Assembly (NCBI GenBank): GCA_965368815.1
Contig: CBDUOH010000001.1
Span: forward strand, 33,087 to 97,086
From: an uncultured Acidimicrobiia bacterium
Lineage (GTDB): Bacteria > Actinomycetota > Acidimicrobiia > Spongiisociales > UBA5794
Direction: 5' to 3'
Length of the DNA stretch: 64,000 nucleotides
The notes under the pieces were generated by a model. The model saw nothing but the letters and a program-made list of their open reading frames with translations, had not been told where the DNA came from and did not search any database. Of this stretch, positions 44,450 through 54,656 are shown piece after piece; positions within the stretch are counted from its first letter, which is position 1, and each line of letters starts with the position of its first letter. The position numbers and the translations under genes were made by a program.

Positions 44450-45880
44450 TTATTGCACTGCTGGGTCATCGCTGCCATTTCCCGCAAACGCAGGATCGGC
44501 CATCGGAGGAAGCGGCGATCCGAGTATGCCGAGACCTTCGAGCAGCCCAGCTGTCTCGAGGATCACGTTCTCCCGCCACATGGGCGCGATCAGCTGAACG
44601 GACACCGGCACCCCGGAAGGGCCGATGACCGGGGCTGCGAGAGCAGGCAGACCGATCCGATTGATCGGGGCGGTGAAGCTCGCAAGGAGTTCACGATGGA
44701 AGTATGTGTTCCCGTCGATCTCCATGTCCTCGTCGCCTATCAATTGGCGAAGCCCACCCACCGTCGGGCAGGTCAGGACGTCGATGCCCGACCGTTCGAG
44801 CGCCGCCACCGTGTTGCGGGCGCCCGCGGCCCAGGCTGCGGCCTCGAGGAGATCGTCCACCGTTCCCTGCGAGCATTGGGCGAGCCGCTCCCTGGTCAGG
44901 GGACCGTAGCCTTCGGGATGAGCGGCGAATCGTTCGCCGTGGATGGTGAGGATCTCAAGCCCGGCTGCCTGCGCAAGTCGGGTTGGCGGTGCGAGTGCGG
45001 GTTCATCGATCATCTCGACCGTGCATCCCGCCTGTGCCGCCGCCTCAAGGAAACGGCTGAATCCGTTGTCCACATGCTGGGAGCGAGGCGCGACCTCGAC
45101 CCATTGCCTGACCACACCGATCGTTGTGGCATGCGCCTGACGTCGGTCCGGACGGACCGGATCGGTCGGAACCGACCAGCGGTCTGACGCCTCGTAGCCG
45201 GCCATGGCAAGATACGAAGCCGTGATGTCGGCAACGTTGGTCGCAAGCGGGCCGACCGTGTCGAGTGATGGTGCAAGCGGGTAGACGCCGGTCAACGGCA
45301 CCCTTCCGTGGGTCACCTTCAGACCGAAGACGCCACACAGCGCCGCCGGCACGCGTACCGAACCACCGGTATCTGTTCCGATGCCAATCGGGACGACCCG
45401 CGCAGCAACAGCCGCACCGGAGCCCCCCGATGAGCCACCGGCCGATGTGGCAGTGTCCCAGGGGTTGCGGACCGGTCCGAAGAAGTGGTTCTCGCTGGTG
45501 AATCCGAATGCAAACTCGTGGAGTCCGGTCCTGCCGATGATCACCGCACCTGCTGCGCCGAGCCTGCGAACGACAGGCGCGGAATGTTCCGGGACGTCAG
45601 ATGGGAGGCCCGACCCCCGTGTGTTGGGGAGACCGGTTTGATCGATGAGGTCCTTCAGTCCGACCGGAACACCGGCAAGGGGACCGGGGTCCTTCCCAGC
45701 GTCCACGAGGCGATCGATGCCCTCGGCGCGAGCCATTGCGCCGGATCGGTCGACCAAGGTGAATGCGTTGAGTTCATCGTGCGAGTCGAGCGCGGATTCG
45801 ATGGCGGCTGCGACGATGTCGGTGGCGCGCAGCCTGCCGGAGCGGACCTGTTCGCCGATCGCTGTTGCGCTCTGGGTCAT
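44450..45880 (-). CDS. Amidase-signature family amidase
   Basis: GGSSGGSGAAVA and GTDTGGSVRVPA (the amidase-signature Ser-cisSer-Lys region). LKDLID contains the Lys. Confidence 0.85.
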   Translation of the reverse strand: MTQSATAIGEQVRSGRLRATDIVAAAIESALDSHDELNAFTLVDRSGAMARAEGIDRLVDAGKDPGPLAGVPVGLKDLIDQTGLPNTRGSGLPSDVPEHSAPVVRRLGAAGAVIIGRTGLHEFAFGFTSENHFFGPVRNPWDTATSAGGSSGGSGAAVAARVVPIGIGTDTGGSVRVPAALCGVFGLKVTHGRVPLTGVYPLAPSLDTVGPLATNVADITASYLAMAGYEASDRWSVPTDPVRPDRRQAHATTIGVVRQWVEVAPRSQHVDNGFSRFLEAAAQAGCTVEMIDEPALAPPTRLAQAAGLEILTIHGERFAAHPEGYGPLTRERLAQCSQGTVDDLLEAAAWAAGARNTVAALERSGIDVLTCPTVGGLRQLIGDEDMEIDGNTYFHRELLASFTAPINRIGLPALAAPVIGPSGVPVSVQLIAPMWRENVILETAGLLEGLGILGSPLPPMADPAFAGNGSDDPAVQ

Positions 45881-45889
45881 GGCCGCATG

Positions 45890-46978
45890 TTACGACCAGC
45901 TGACCGTCCCGGTGTCAGGGAAGATGGCGATGAACATCTTCGATGGCGGCAGGAGGATCGGGTTGTCGTCCGCATCGAGGAGGACGAATGGGTCCGTGGT
46001 GCGATCGCGCTGCCATGTTCCTTCGATGACGGTTCCGTTCCGGAACACGCGCGCCGTGCCGGCTCCGACCGTATGGATCGCGGGCACCGAGCTACCGGAA
46101 CCCGATGGGCTCGCGGTGTACCTGTCGCCGGTCAGGACCACCACCATGGGGGTGCTGATGATGTCCTCCTCACCGTCCTTGGTCACCCAATTGTGCGGCG
46201 TGTCGGCGTTGAACCGTTCATACACCTCACCGTTCCACACCCAGCGCACAGGTGGCTGCTGGGACCAGTCGAGTGTGATCTCGGTTGCCGTCGCAGTCGA
46301 TTCCGTGGGTTCCCAACTGAAAGCGAACACGTTGCCCGGCGAAGCGTCGGGCCAGTTCTTGTCGTCGGCCACGTCGCGGATGAGCGTGGTGCTTGCGTAC
46401 AGGTTGTGGGGGGCGCTGCGGTGGTTCTCACGCCATGTCGTGGCGCCGGTGTCGTACACCATCCGCAGGTTCGCAGCGGTGAAGATGTCCTGGACCCAGG
46501 GCTGGGCCCCGGACACCTGGAATGGTCCGTCGAGGGGCTTGACGATCTCGGCATCCGTCGGTCGGCCTGAGCGCACGGGCCCGACGTATTCGACATCGTT
46601 CGACTGGAACACGGCGAGGAAACGGGTGAGACCGGCTTCGACAAGGATCTCGTACACGATGTCGGCGTCCATGACGCCTGATTGCGGCCGGGCAGCGACG
46701 GCGTTGTCGATCTTGATCGCAACCGTTCGCCGATCCACGCTCGCGGCGTCCTCCGGTACCAGCCCGTTGACACCCTGTGAGATCTCGGGAAGGGTCGTGG
46801 TCGTGGCTGTTGTGGTGGGTGGTTGGGTTGTCGGGGTCTGTGAGGTCGTCGGGGCGATGGTCGTAACCGGAGCCAAGGTTGTTGTGGTTGTCGAATCGTC
46901 CGAGGCCGACGGGCTGCACGCAGCAGCAGTGAGGGCAAGGACGACCGCAAGAGACATGAGGGTGGTGGTGCGACGCAT
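45890..46978 (-). CDS. Lipoprotein, DUF3048 (YerB-like) family
   Basis: Lipobox LALTAAAC, a Thr/Pro-rich linker, then VAIKIDNAVAARPQSGVMDADIVYEILVEAGLTRFLAVF, which is typical of DUF3048. Confidence 0.8.
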   Translation of the reverse strand: MRRTTTLMSLAVVLALTAAACSPSASDDSTTTTTLAPVTTIAPTTSQTPTTQPPTTTATTTTLPEISQGVNGLVPEDAASVDRRTVAIKIDNAVAARPQSGVMDADIVYEILVEAGLTRFLAVFQSNDVEYVGPVRSGRPTDAEIVKPLDGPFQVSGAQPWVQDIFTAANLRMVYDTGATTWRENHRSAPHNLYASTTLIRDVADDKNWPDASPGNVFAFSWEPTESTATATEITLDWSQQPPVRWVWNGEVYERFNADTPHNWVTKDGEEDIISTPMVVVLTGDRYTASPSGSGSSVPAIHTVGAGTARVFRNGTVIEGTWQRDRTTDPFVLLDADDNPILLPPSKMFIAIFPDTGTVSWS

Positions 46979-47029
46979 CTTGATGAGGTTAGAACCCGAT
47001 CAGAGTATTGGGATATCTATCGTCTGACC

Positions 47030-47710
47030 GTGGAACACGATCCCATCGTTGACGTCGCACGCAGAGAACTCGGGGCCCTGGCGGATCCTGCGAAGGCTGC
47101 GGCGATGGCGGCATACATGAAGACCGACATGCCGTTCTACGGGGTTCAGAAGAAGGGCCGTTCGACGGTCCTGCGTTTGCTGATCCGCTCATTTCCCGCC
47201 CAGGTGCGTGATGTGTACGAATCCAATGTGCTTGCGCTGTGGAGCGAACCCCATCGTGAGGTGAAGTATCTGGCTCTCGGCTACGCGAGAGCGTGGAAGG
47301 CCTTCATCACGATCGAATCCATGGCGATGTATCGGGATCTCATCGTGCAAGGTGCGTGGTGGGACCTCGTTGATGAGGCGGCCGTGCAGCTCGTCGGCCC
47401 GGTCCATCTCGCCGACCCGTCGAAGTCGGAACACCTGGTGCGGTCGTGGATCCGATCGGACGACATGTGGCTTCGCCGCACGAGCATCATCTGCCAGATC
47501 AAGCACAAGGCTGCGACGGACACCGGGCTGTTGTCCGATGCGTGTCGTTGGAATCTCAGTGACACCGACTTCTTCATTCGCAAGGCCATCGGGTGGGCGC
47601 TCCGCGAATATGCCAAGACCGACCCTCAGTGGGTGCGGACCTTTGTAGCGTCCCACAAGGATGAGATGGCCCCGCTGTCGTTCAGGGAGGCGACGAAGCA
47701 CCTGTCCTAA
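47030..47710 (+). CDS. DNA alkylation repair protein (AlkD/HEAT-repeat family)
   Basis: GTG start. KAAAMAAYMKTDMPFYGV, WWDLVD and IRKAIGWALREYAKTDP motifs of the DNA_alkylation family. Confidence 0.8.
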   Translation: MEHDPIVDVARRELGALADPAKAAAMAAYMKTDMPFYGVQKKGRSTVLRLLIRSFPAQVRDVYESNVLALWSEPHREVKYLALGYARAWKAFITIESMAMYRDLIVQGAWWDLVDEAAVQLVGPVHLADPSKSEHLVRSWIRSDDMWLRRTSIICQIKHKAATDTGLLSDACRWNLSDTDFFIRKAIGWALREYAKTDPQWVRTFVASHKDEMAPLSFREATKHLS

Positions 47711-47720
47711 TCCGGCTCGT

Positions 47721-49244
47721 TCACCAGGGTTCGCTCATGTCGCGATCGAACGGCCACAGTGGGCGTGTGATTCTCCGGTACGGCAAGCGGGTGAGCTCGC
47801 TGTCACATGGGCCCTCTGTGTCGAGGTCGTAGACGACCGAGGCGATCGGTTCGTACTCGGCGCGGTACGCACCTGCAGATTTCACCTGTACGAGAGCGAA
47901 GTCGCGCGGGTCGAATCCGTGTTGCATGTACGGAAAGAGCTTGCGTCCGTCGGCCTTGAACTCCGTGACGAGGATGGTCGTGTTCTCCACACGCAGCACC
48001 GCTGTCTTCCCCAGCTCGAACATCGTCGAGGTTCCCGTGTCCGCAATGTCCGCTCGTGGGTCGCCGGGCCTGTGGACCGAGAGGACCTCAGCGGTGACAG
48101 GAAGCGGCGTATAGAACTCCGTGGTGATCCGCCCTCCCAGTTCGATGTCGATGACCGCCCCCGGACCGGCTGCAATCGCGGCGTCGACACTGACGGGGTC
48201 GGTCACGAGCATGAGGGCACGCACATCGTTGTGCGTTGCCACGATCTCGGCGAGCATCGCAGTGCCATCGCCTGCGGCCCCTGCCGTGGGGGAGTCCGGT
48301 CCGTCGGAGGCGACCACGGGGCCACCGGCGCCGTCGCGGGCCACTGCTTCGGCCAGGACGACGGGTATCGGCGTCTTCACGACGTCATACAGTTCGCGCT
48401 GGTCCCAGAGTTCACGTGCCAAAGTATCGGCTGCTTGCTGGGCCAGTTCCACGTCGCCGTCGGTACTCACCACCGCCGACCAACCGATGTCGGGAACATC
48501 CATCCACGGCTGCGTGGCGAAGATCGAGATTGCCAGGACACCGGGCGTCTTCTCGAGTTCACGGGCGCGGGCCTGCATTGCTGTGAGCGGACCGAATGTC
48601 GTGTCGTGTGCCTCAGCCGAGGCGATGAGCGGGATCTTGCGCTGCACTGTTGTGGCTCGCGGCCCGCGAGCGCCGCTGATCATGTCGGCGAGTGACTCCA
48701 TGAGCCGAGCGCCGGTTTCGACAACGTCGGTGTGGGGGCAGGTCCGGAATCCGACGACGAGGTCGGTTCCTTTTGCCATGCGATCGGTGAAGTGGGCATG
48801 GAGATCGAGGCTGATTGCGATGGGTACGTCCGGTCCGACAATGGCGCGAACCTGCTCGATCAGTTCTCCTTCGGGGTCATCGTGGCTTGTCGTTGCCATC
48901 GCCCCGTGCAGATGCAGGTACACACCGTCAACCGGCTTCTGTGCGACCTCCTGTTGGGCCAGCTCAAGCAAGCGGGTGGAGAGTGCGGCGTACGCCTCGT
49001 CCTCCACACGACCACCGGCGCCACCGTGGGCGGTCAACGTGGGTACGAGCTCGATGTTGCGGCGCCGCGCGACCTCGACAGCGCCGATCATGGAGCTTGT
49101 CGGGTCGTCGACGATCGCACGGCCTTCTCCCAACATGGTTCGGCGATACGTATCGAGGTCCACCGTGCCCGGGACGAAACTATTGAGTTCGTGTCGGATG
49201 CCACCAACGAGGATGCGGGGTCTGTTCAGGGATGAGTCAGTCAT
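47721..49244 (-). CDS. M81-family (MlrC-like) metallopeptidase
   Basis: Start moved to ATG 49244. RILVGGIRHELNSFVP at the N-terminus and the overall length (~507 aa) fit MlrC-like proteins. Recalled from memory, moderate certainty. Confidence 0.72.
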   Translation of the reverse strand: MTDSSLNRPRILVGGIRHELNSFVPGTVDLDTYRRTMLGEGRAIVDDPTSSMIGAVEVARRRNIELVPTLTAHGGAGGRVEDEAYAALSTRLLELAQQEVAQKPVDGVYLHLHGAMATTSHDDPEGELIEQVRAIVGPDVPIAISLDLHAHFTDRMAKGTDLVVGFRTCPHTDVVETGARLMESLADMISGARGPRATTVQRKIPLIASAEAHDTTFGPLTAMQARARELEKTPGVLAISIFATQPWMDVPDIGWSAVVSTDGDVELAQQAADTLARELWDQRELYDVVKTPIPVVLAEAVARDGAGGPVVASDGPDSPTAGAAGDGTAMLAEIVATHNDVRALMLVTDPVSVDAAIAAGPGAVIDIELGGRITTEFYTPLPVTAEVLSVHRPGDPRADIADTGTSTMFELGKTAVLRVENTTILVTEFKADGRKLFPYMQHGFDPRDFALVQVKSAGAYRAEYEPIASVVYDLDTEGPCDSELTRLPYRRITRPLWPFDRDMSEPW

Positions 49245-49358
49245 GTTCCACCATGAGCCGCAGCGTAGAGGCATGTGTTCGGCAGGTATCAGGCGGGGAC
49301 AATCCACGCTGCGGTGGCGTGGGTGTTGCATCGCTCTTCGGTGCGCGACCCGTTCCGA

Positions 49359-49874
49359 TCAGCTGATGGAACCTACCCGGGACGTCGGCCAGTATCGGGC
49401 CGTGGCGATCCAGCCGATTGCATCGACCCGGACGGGGCCGATCATCCGGCTGTCGGACGAGGACAATCCGCGATTGTCGCCGAGAACCCAGACGTGATCG
49501 TCCGGGATGCTCCACTCGCCATCGGGTTCGGTGATTCCCTGGGCCCACCGGTCGGCGAGGAGGGCTCCATCGATGGTCACCCGTCCACCATCGACGCCGA
49601 CCCGTTCAGAACCGAGACCGATGACTCGTTTGATCAGGGTGCGACCGGTAGCTGCCGGATCAGGGAACGCCACGATGTCGCCGCGATCGGGAGTCCCTGT
49701 CGCTCGTTTGGCGATGATCCAGTCACCTTCCATCAAGGTTGGGGCCATTGACGATTCCCGAACCTCGAATCTGCGCACGACTCCGCGGGCGGCCGCACCA
49801 GCCACCAACACCGCGCCGACAGCCCCCGCAACCACTCCCCGTTTCCGCATCGTCCGTTTCCTCCGCGTTCCCAT
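49359..49874 (-). CDS. sodX: S26-family signal-peptidase-like protease, probable NiSOD maturation protease
   Basis: SSMAPTL (catalytic Ser), KRVIG (Lys) and GDNRGLSSSDSR boxes. It is divergent from and adjacent to sodN, as in Streptomyces. Confidence 0.8.
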   Translation of the reverse strand: MGTRRKRTMRKRGVVAGAVGAVLVAGAAARGVVRRFEVRESSMAPTLMEGDWIIAKRATGTPDRGDIVAFPDPAATGRTLIKRVIGLGSERVGVDGGRVTIDGALLADRWAQGITEPDGEWSIPDDHVWVLGDNRGLSSSDSRMIGPVRVDAIGWIATARYWPTSRVGSIS

Positions 49875-49949
49875 GATCGGACTGTCCAGCGTAAACCACG
49901 GTTACCACCTTGAGTAGTGTTGATGACGAAACCCGATACGGAGGTACCC
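49875..49949. promoter_or_regulatory. sodX-sodN divergent intergenic region (presumed promoters; GGAGG RBS for sodN near 49940)
   Basis: 75 bp lie between the divergent starts. GGAGG lies 6-7 nt before ATG 49950. No operator was identified. Confidence 0.35.
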
Positions 49950-50378
49950 ATGCGAGTGATTGAGAAGTTGCTGCGTCCCAAGACAGAGGTCCATGCCCAC
50001 TGTGATCTGTTCTGTGGCGTGTATGACCCGGCGCAGGCGATGATCGAAGCGACATCATGCCTGAAGGCTGCCGAGAAATACCACGCCTCCGACGACGACG
50101 TGTTCCGCGCACGATGCATTGCCATCAAGGAAGAGCGGGCCGAACTCGTCAAGCATCATCTCAACGTGTTGTGGGCTGATTTCTTCAAGCCGCACCATGT
50201 CGAACAGTTCCCCGGACTCCATGATCTGTTCTGGCGCGCGATCAAGGCTGCAGGTGATGCAAAGAAGTCGATGGACCCAACCGTGTCCCAGGGGATGATC
50301 GATCTCATCGGTGAGATCAGCGAGATGTTCTGGCAGACGGAAGAATCCAAGGCCACCGGGTTGTATCCGCCGTCCTAG
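49950..50378 (+). CDS. sodN: Nickel superoxide dismutase precursor
   Basis: Start moved to ATG 49950. The propeptide MRVIEKLLRPKTEVHA is followed by HCDLFCGVYDPAQA (Ni-hook). The rest aligns by eye with Streptomyces SodN (KEERAELVKHH..VLW.D.FKP). Confidence 0.92.
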   Translation: MRVIEKLLRPKTEVHAHCDLFCGVYDPAQAMIEATSCLKAAEKYHASDDDVFRARCIAIKEERAELVKHHLNVLWADFFKPHHVEQFPGLHDLFWRAIKAAGDAKKSMDPTVSQGMIDLIGEISEMFWQTEESKATGLYPPS

Positions 50379-52009
50379 ACGTCTGATCGATCGACAACCG
50401 AGTCCGAACTGAGCGCCGTACTGCGGGTCGTCCGACCTGCCGTGCGGCGTTTCGCGTTGGTCCACAACCAGTCATGGATCGCGCCACCAAGACCGACCAC
50501 GACACCGCCGTACACAAGCCCTCCGAAGATGACGGCGAACAGTGCTGCAATCCACCGTGGTCCTTGGAGTCCGCCGACGATGAACCACGACACACCAAAC
50601 GCACAGAATGATGCAGGCACTGCCAGAGGAATCGACCGTCCAGCCGATCGGACCACACCGACGAGGCCTTCTCGTGCCTCGGTCGGCCGGTACCAGACAG
50701 CCAACAGGATGAAGGTGTAGAGGCCCAGCGCCAAGACCGAAGCCAGCGCAACGCCTTCGATACCGAAGGCCTCCTGGAACACGAAATAGGTGGGGACGGC
50801 CGCAACGGTGGCCACTGTGCCAACGATGACGGGGGTCCACATCTGGCGGCGAGCGTAGAACGCGCGCGTCACGATCTGGAGGGCGCCCCACACCGGGATC
50901 GAGAGCGCGTACATGAACAATGCCGACGCCGAAGCATCGGTCGAGGCCTGCTCGAACGCACCGCGCTCGAACAGCAGCCTCATGATCGGATTGGCCATGC
51001 CCATTGCGACTCCGGCTGCACCGATCGACAGAACCAGGACGTACCGAAGGGCCCGGTTGACGGTCCTGCGCATCGCCTCGTGTCTGCCTTCGGCGAAGAG
51101 TCGGGCCAAGGTCGGGTACGCGGCCACCGCGGCGGCCTGTGCGATCACACCGACCGGGACGAGCATGGTGCGGCGCGCAAACTGGAGCTCTGTCGCCACA
51201 CCGTCGCCGACCATCGCACCGAAGACGGACATGAACGTCTCATCGAGCGCGACAACGGACTGGCCAAGCATCAGGGGGAGAGCGATCGTCAGATAGGTTC
51301 TGACCGCGGGATGCCGCCACGAGCCTGACCACTCGATGCGCATGCCGACCCTCGACGCACCCCAGATCTGCAACGCCAGGTTGCCCACAAGCGCCCCCGC
51401 GAGCGCACCCCAGATGAACCCCGCCGGATCCGCCGTGCCGGTCACCAGTGCATAGCCGACGCCACCGACAATGATGCCGAGGTTGTAGATGATCGGAGCC
51501 AATGTCGGGATACCGAACGACCCCTTCGCGTACTGGACCGCCGTGAACATCGATCCGACGACAAAGGCGAACTGTGCCGGTAGCACGATTCGCGTGAGGT
51601 GGATGGTGGACTCGATCTGGGACGGCTCGAAGTCCGGATACAACGCCTGGACCAGGGTCGGGGTCAGTATCCATGCGATTGCAATGAGGCCGCTGATGCC
51701 GATGGCGAGCCACCGCAGGATCGCTGTGAAGCCGATCCAGGCGCCTGGCTCGTCATCATCGGCGAGATACTTGGCGAAGATCGGGATGAATGTGATCGTC
51801 AGGAACCCGCCGGCGAGCAGATAATTCGCAAAGTCCGGGATGCGGAATGCAGCCACATACTCGTCGGTGACGCCGTCGGCGCCGAGCATCGACGCGAACA
51901 CGATGTCACGGATGATGCCCAATATGCGTGACAGCAGGACACCGCCACCGACAATGAGAGCGGCTGCACCGATGTCACCACGTTTGAGACGCGTCAGAAA
52001 GGTCTGCAC
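50375..52009 (-). CDS. murJ: Lipid II flippase MurJ/MviN
   Basis: GTG start. LLSRILGIIRDIVFASMLGA..DEYVAAFRIPDFANYLLAGG is the canonical MurJ N-terminus. About 14 TM helices. Confidence 0.85.
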   Translation of the reverse strand: MQTFLTRLKRGDIGAAALIVGGGVLLSRILGIIRDIVFASMLGADGVTDEYVAAFRIPDFANYLLAGGFLTITFIPIFAKYLADDDEPGAWIGFTAILRWLAIGISGLIAIAWILTPTLVQALYPDFEPSQIESTIHLTRIVLPAQFAFVVGSMFTAVQYAKGSFGIPTLAPIIYNLGIIVGGVGYALVTGTADPAGFIWGALAGALVGNLALQIWGASRVGMRIEWSGSWRHPAVRTYLTIALPLMLGQSVVALDETFMSVFGAMVGDGVATELQFARRTMLVPVGVIAQAAAVAAYPTLARLFAEGRHEAMRRTVNRALRYVLVLSIGAAGVAMGMANPIMRLLFERGAFEQASTDASASALFMYALSIPVWGALQIVTRAFYARRQMWTPVIVGTVATVAAVPTYFVFQEAFGIEGVALASVLALGLYTFILLAVWYRPTEAREGLVGVVRSAGRSIPLAVPASFCAFGVSWFIVGGLQGPRWIAALFAVIFGGLVYGGVVVGLGGAIHDWLWTNAKRRTAGRTTRSTALSSDSVVDRSDV

Positions 52010-52063
52010 ACGGGCACGGTACCGGTAGTCGGTCGTTCTCCGAGGGAGCGCACCCGACCTGCC

Positions 52064-52813
52064 CTAGGCGAGGTCCTTCTTGGCGATGAGGTACGAGGTG
52101 AGAGCGACCCCGATTGCGCCATACACCAAAAGTGTCAGACCGACCGATCCCATTCCGAAGTTGAGCCGTGACGTCATACCGGAGATCCAGGCCTGGGCGT
52201 CGGGAGCGAGGGCACCGAAGGCGGCGACTCCGGTCCGTGACGGCGAGAGTGATGCCAGGCCGGGGAGGGCCGCAACAACGCCGTTCTCGAACACGAGGAG
52301 CAAGGCAAGGCCGATGATCACGGACCGGTCGGTTATGAAGCCGAGGGGCACGAACAGCAATGAGTATGCGACTGCCGCCACGATGCCCCCGCCCATGACA
52401 CCGAGAATCAACGTGGTGTCGAACGAGAATCGGGTGGCGTAGGTGAAACCGAGGAGCACCGCTCCGCCGACGGCGTACAGCGAGGCGACCGTCGCAGCGG
52501 CGATCATCTTCATCAAGGCGATGCGCCAACGTGGAATCGGTCGAAGTGTGATGAAGCTGAGGGTTTGGTCCCTGCGTTCCACACCGAGCGCCGACGAGGA
52601 GACGACGATCGCGATGATCGGCAGGACGAGAGCGAAGTACGACACGACCGTGACCTCCACGAAGATCTGGAACCCCGCATCCGGAGACCGGTCGCTCACG
52701 CCGATGATGAACAGAATCGCCGGTGCGGCCTGCATTGCAGCGAGCGCCAATGACCTCTTCAGCGGCAGAAGCTGACGAATGGACCCGACGAGGAGGGCAA
52801 GTGATGGTGTCAT
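52064..52813 (-). CDS. ABC-2-type transporter permease
   Basis: Six hydrophobic segments. 4-nt overlap with the upstream ATPase gene. Confidence 0.7.
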   Translation of the reverse strand: MTPSLALLVGSIRQLLPLKRSLALAAMQAAPAILFIIGVSDRSPDAGFQIFVEVTVVSYFALVLPIIAIVVSSSALGVERRDQTLSFITLRPIPRWRIALMKMIAAATVASLYAVGGAVLLGFTYATRFSFDTTLILGVMGGGIVAAVAYSLLFVPLGFITDRSVIIGLALLLVFENGVVAALPGLASLSPSRTGVAAFGALAPDAQAWISGMTSRLNFGMGSVGLTLLVYGAIGVALTSYLIAKKDLA

Positions 52814-53766
52814 CGGCGTTCCACAAGGTATCGAAACACCGATTCGAGCGATTCGTCTTGCGGGAGGAAGGCCGTCAGGCGTGATCCCGCGTCGACCGCC
52901 AGTGCTGCAATGTCAGAGCCGAGCCCTTCGACGTCGCTCGTGCGGACGGTCAGCGTGCCGTCGCCCGCCTCGACGCTGTCGACGTGGCCGGCAGCGAACA
53001 TCGCTGCTCCGAGCTCGCGCGGGCGGTCGGTTCCGATCCGCACGATGTAGGGGATGTTGTTCATAGCCGCCCTGATGGCGTGGACCGACCCTGCGGCTGC
53101 GAGCCGCCCGTCGACGATGGCGACGACCCGCGTTGATACCCGTTCGACCTCCTCGAGCACATGGGAGGACACGATCACGGTCTTGCCAGCCGCCCCGAGT
53201 CCTTCGAAGAGCTCGATGAGGCGGGCGCGCTGGAGGGGGTCGGTGCCGTTGAGCGGCTCGTCGAGGATCAGGACCGATGGGTCGGTGGCGAGTGCCGCGG
53301 CGACCTTGATTCGTTGGCGCATCCCTTTGGAATACCCGCCGACGTTCCTGTCTGCGGCGTCCTGCATCGACACGGCCTCGATCGCCTCGTCGGCTCCACT
53401 GCCACGTTTCCCCGACAATTGGACCGCGTAGCGGACGAGCTCGCGCCCGGTCATGGATTCGTAGACGGCGTCTTCGTCGGGAACCAGGGCGATGTCGCGG
53501 TACACACTGTGGTTCCGGCGCGGATCGGACCCCAACACCGTCACTGAGCCGTTGGATGCGTCGGTGAGGCCGGCGACCATCCGGAGTAAGGTCGTCTTGC
53601 CGGCTCCGTTGGGACCGAGGAGTCCGGTGACCCCTGGGCCGAACGAGCACGACAGATTCGAGACGGCGACCTTCTGGCCGAACCACTTCGAGACGTTGGT
53701 GACCTCGATGGTCGCGTGCTCGACGAATGCCGGGTCACGGGCACCGTCGGTGGTGGCCGTGGTCAC
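52810..53766 (-). CDS. ABC transporter ATP-binding protein
   Basis: Walker A GPNGAGKTT, signature YSKGMRQR, Walker B VLILDEP. Confidence 0.9.
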   Translation of the reverse strand: MTTATTDGARDPAFVEHATIEVTNVSKWFGQKVAVSNLSCSFGPGVTGLLGPNGAGKTTLLRMVAGLTDASNGSVTVLGSDPRRNHSVYRDIALVPDEDAVYESMTGRELVRYAVQLSGKRGSGADEAIEAVSMQDAADRNVGGYSKGMRQRIKVAAALATDPSVLILDEPLNGTDPLQRARLIELFEGLGAAGKTVIVSSHVLEEVERVSTRVVAIVDGRLAAAGSVHAIRAAMNNIPYIVRIGTDRPRELGAAMFAAGHVDSVEAGDGTLTVRTSDVEGLGSDIAALAVDAGSRLTAFLPQDESLESVFRYLVERR

Positions 53767-54656
53767 AGCAACCTCCTGTATCGCCTGATGACGAACGCCA
53801 CCGACGCTGCGCCGATGACCACCAAGGCCACGAGCGCGACACTCGGGTGGATGTCCGCAGCGGCCAGGAGCGACCCCGAGTCCGTATCGCCGAAGATCCA
53901 GTAGGTCACGGCGTGAGCGCTGTCAACCGGTGCGAACAGAGCGGCGAACCGGCCGCCCGGGATCGCAGAACCCCGCACCAGCGACTCACCGACGGCACTC
54001 GTGAAGATCATGACGGCCACGTAGATACTTGCGGCGATCGCCTTCCGATTGGAGAGTGCGGCGATGACGAATGCAAGTGGTACGAAGGCAACGACGTAGA
54101 CGCCCACAGCTGCTGCAATCCGAGGGATGGTGTCGGCTGCTTCGACCAGACCGTCGAAGATCCCGTCCGGATCCGTTCCTGCCTGTCCGATGTACAGCAC
54201 GATCTGGGGAATCAGCAGGAACCCGCCGACTATCCACAGCATTCCGGCGAAACGCGCAAACACGTAGTCATCCGACGACAGCGGCCTCGACGACAACATC
54301 GAGAGCACGCCGTCACGTCGGTCAGGGATGAACAGCTCAGGTGCCGACAGTGCGGCGAAGAGCATCGCGATGGTCCCACCCCACACGAAGAAGTTTGCAT
54401 TCTCGGCAGCAATGTCGATTTCATCGGCCGCACCGGCAGGAAGGAAGAACGCCAACCCCACTGCGACGATCGCGGGCAGCATGGCAATCACGACCATGCC
54501 CCACGGCATGATCTTTCTGCGCGCCTTTCTGCGAAGACCGAGAACGCGACGCACGCCGTCGGCAATGACGGCACGGCGTGCACCTGATCGCCCTCGTCGC
54601 TCGCCTTCGTATGGCTCGTACCCGAGGTCATATACGGCGCCGGTCCGCTCACTCAT
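53763..54656 (-). CDS. ABC-2-type transporter permease
   Basis: Polytopic membrane protein. 4-nt overlaps with both neighbours. Confidence 0.7.
   Translation of the reverse strand: MSERTGAVYDLGYEPYEGERRGRSGARRAVIADGVRRVLGLRRKARRKIMPWGMVVIAMLPAIVAVGLAFFLPAGAADEIDIAAENANFFVWGGTIAMLFAALSAPELFIPDRRDGVLSMLSSRPLSSDDYVFARFAGMLWIVGGFLLIPQIVLYIGQAGTDPDGIFDGLVEAADTIPRIAAAVGVYVVAFVPLAFVIAALSNRKAIAASIYVAVMIFTSAVGESLVRGSAIPGGRFAALFAPVDSAHAVTYWIFGDTDSGSLLAAADIHPSVALVALVVIGAASVAFVIRRYRRLL

Noticed and set aside
48121-49497. 458-aa plus-strand ORF opposite the MlrC-like gene. Other long antisense ORFs fall in the same class (47661..48695, 45485..46570, 45645..47027, 28345..29403, 42222..43001, 43494..44141).
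   Set aside because: The compositions are Ser/Arg/Ala/Pro-rich and low-complexity. They overlap better-supported genes on the other strand and have no plausible RBS or start context.
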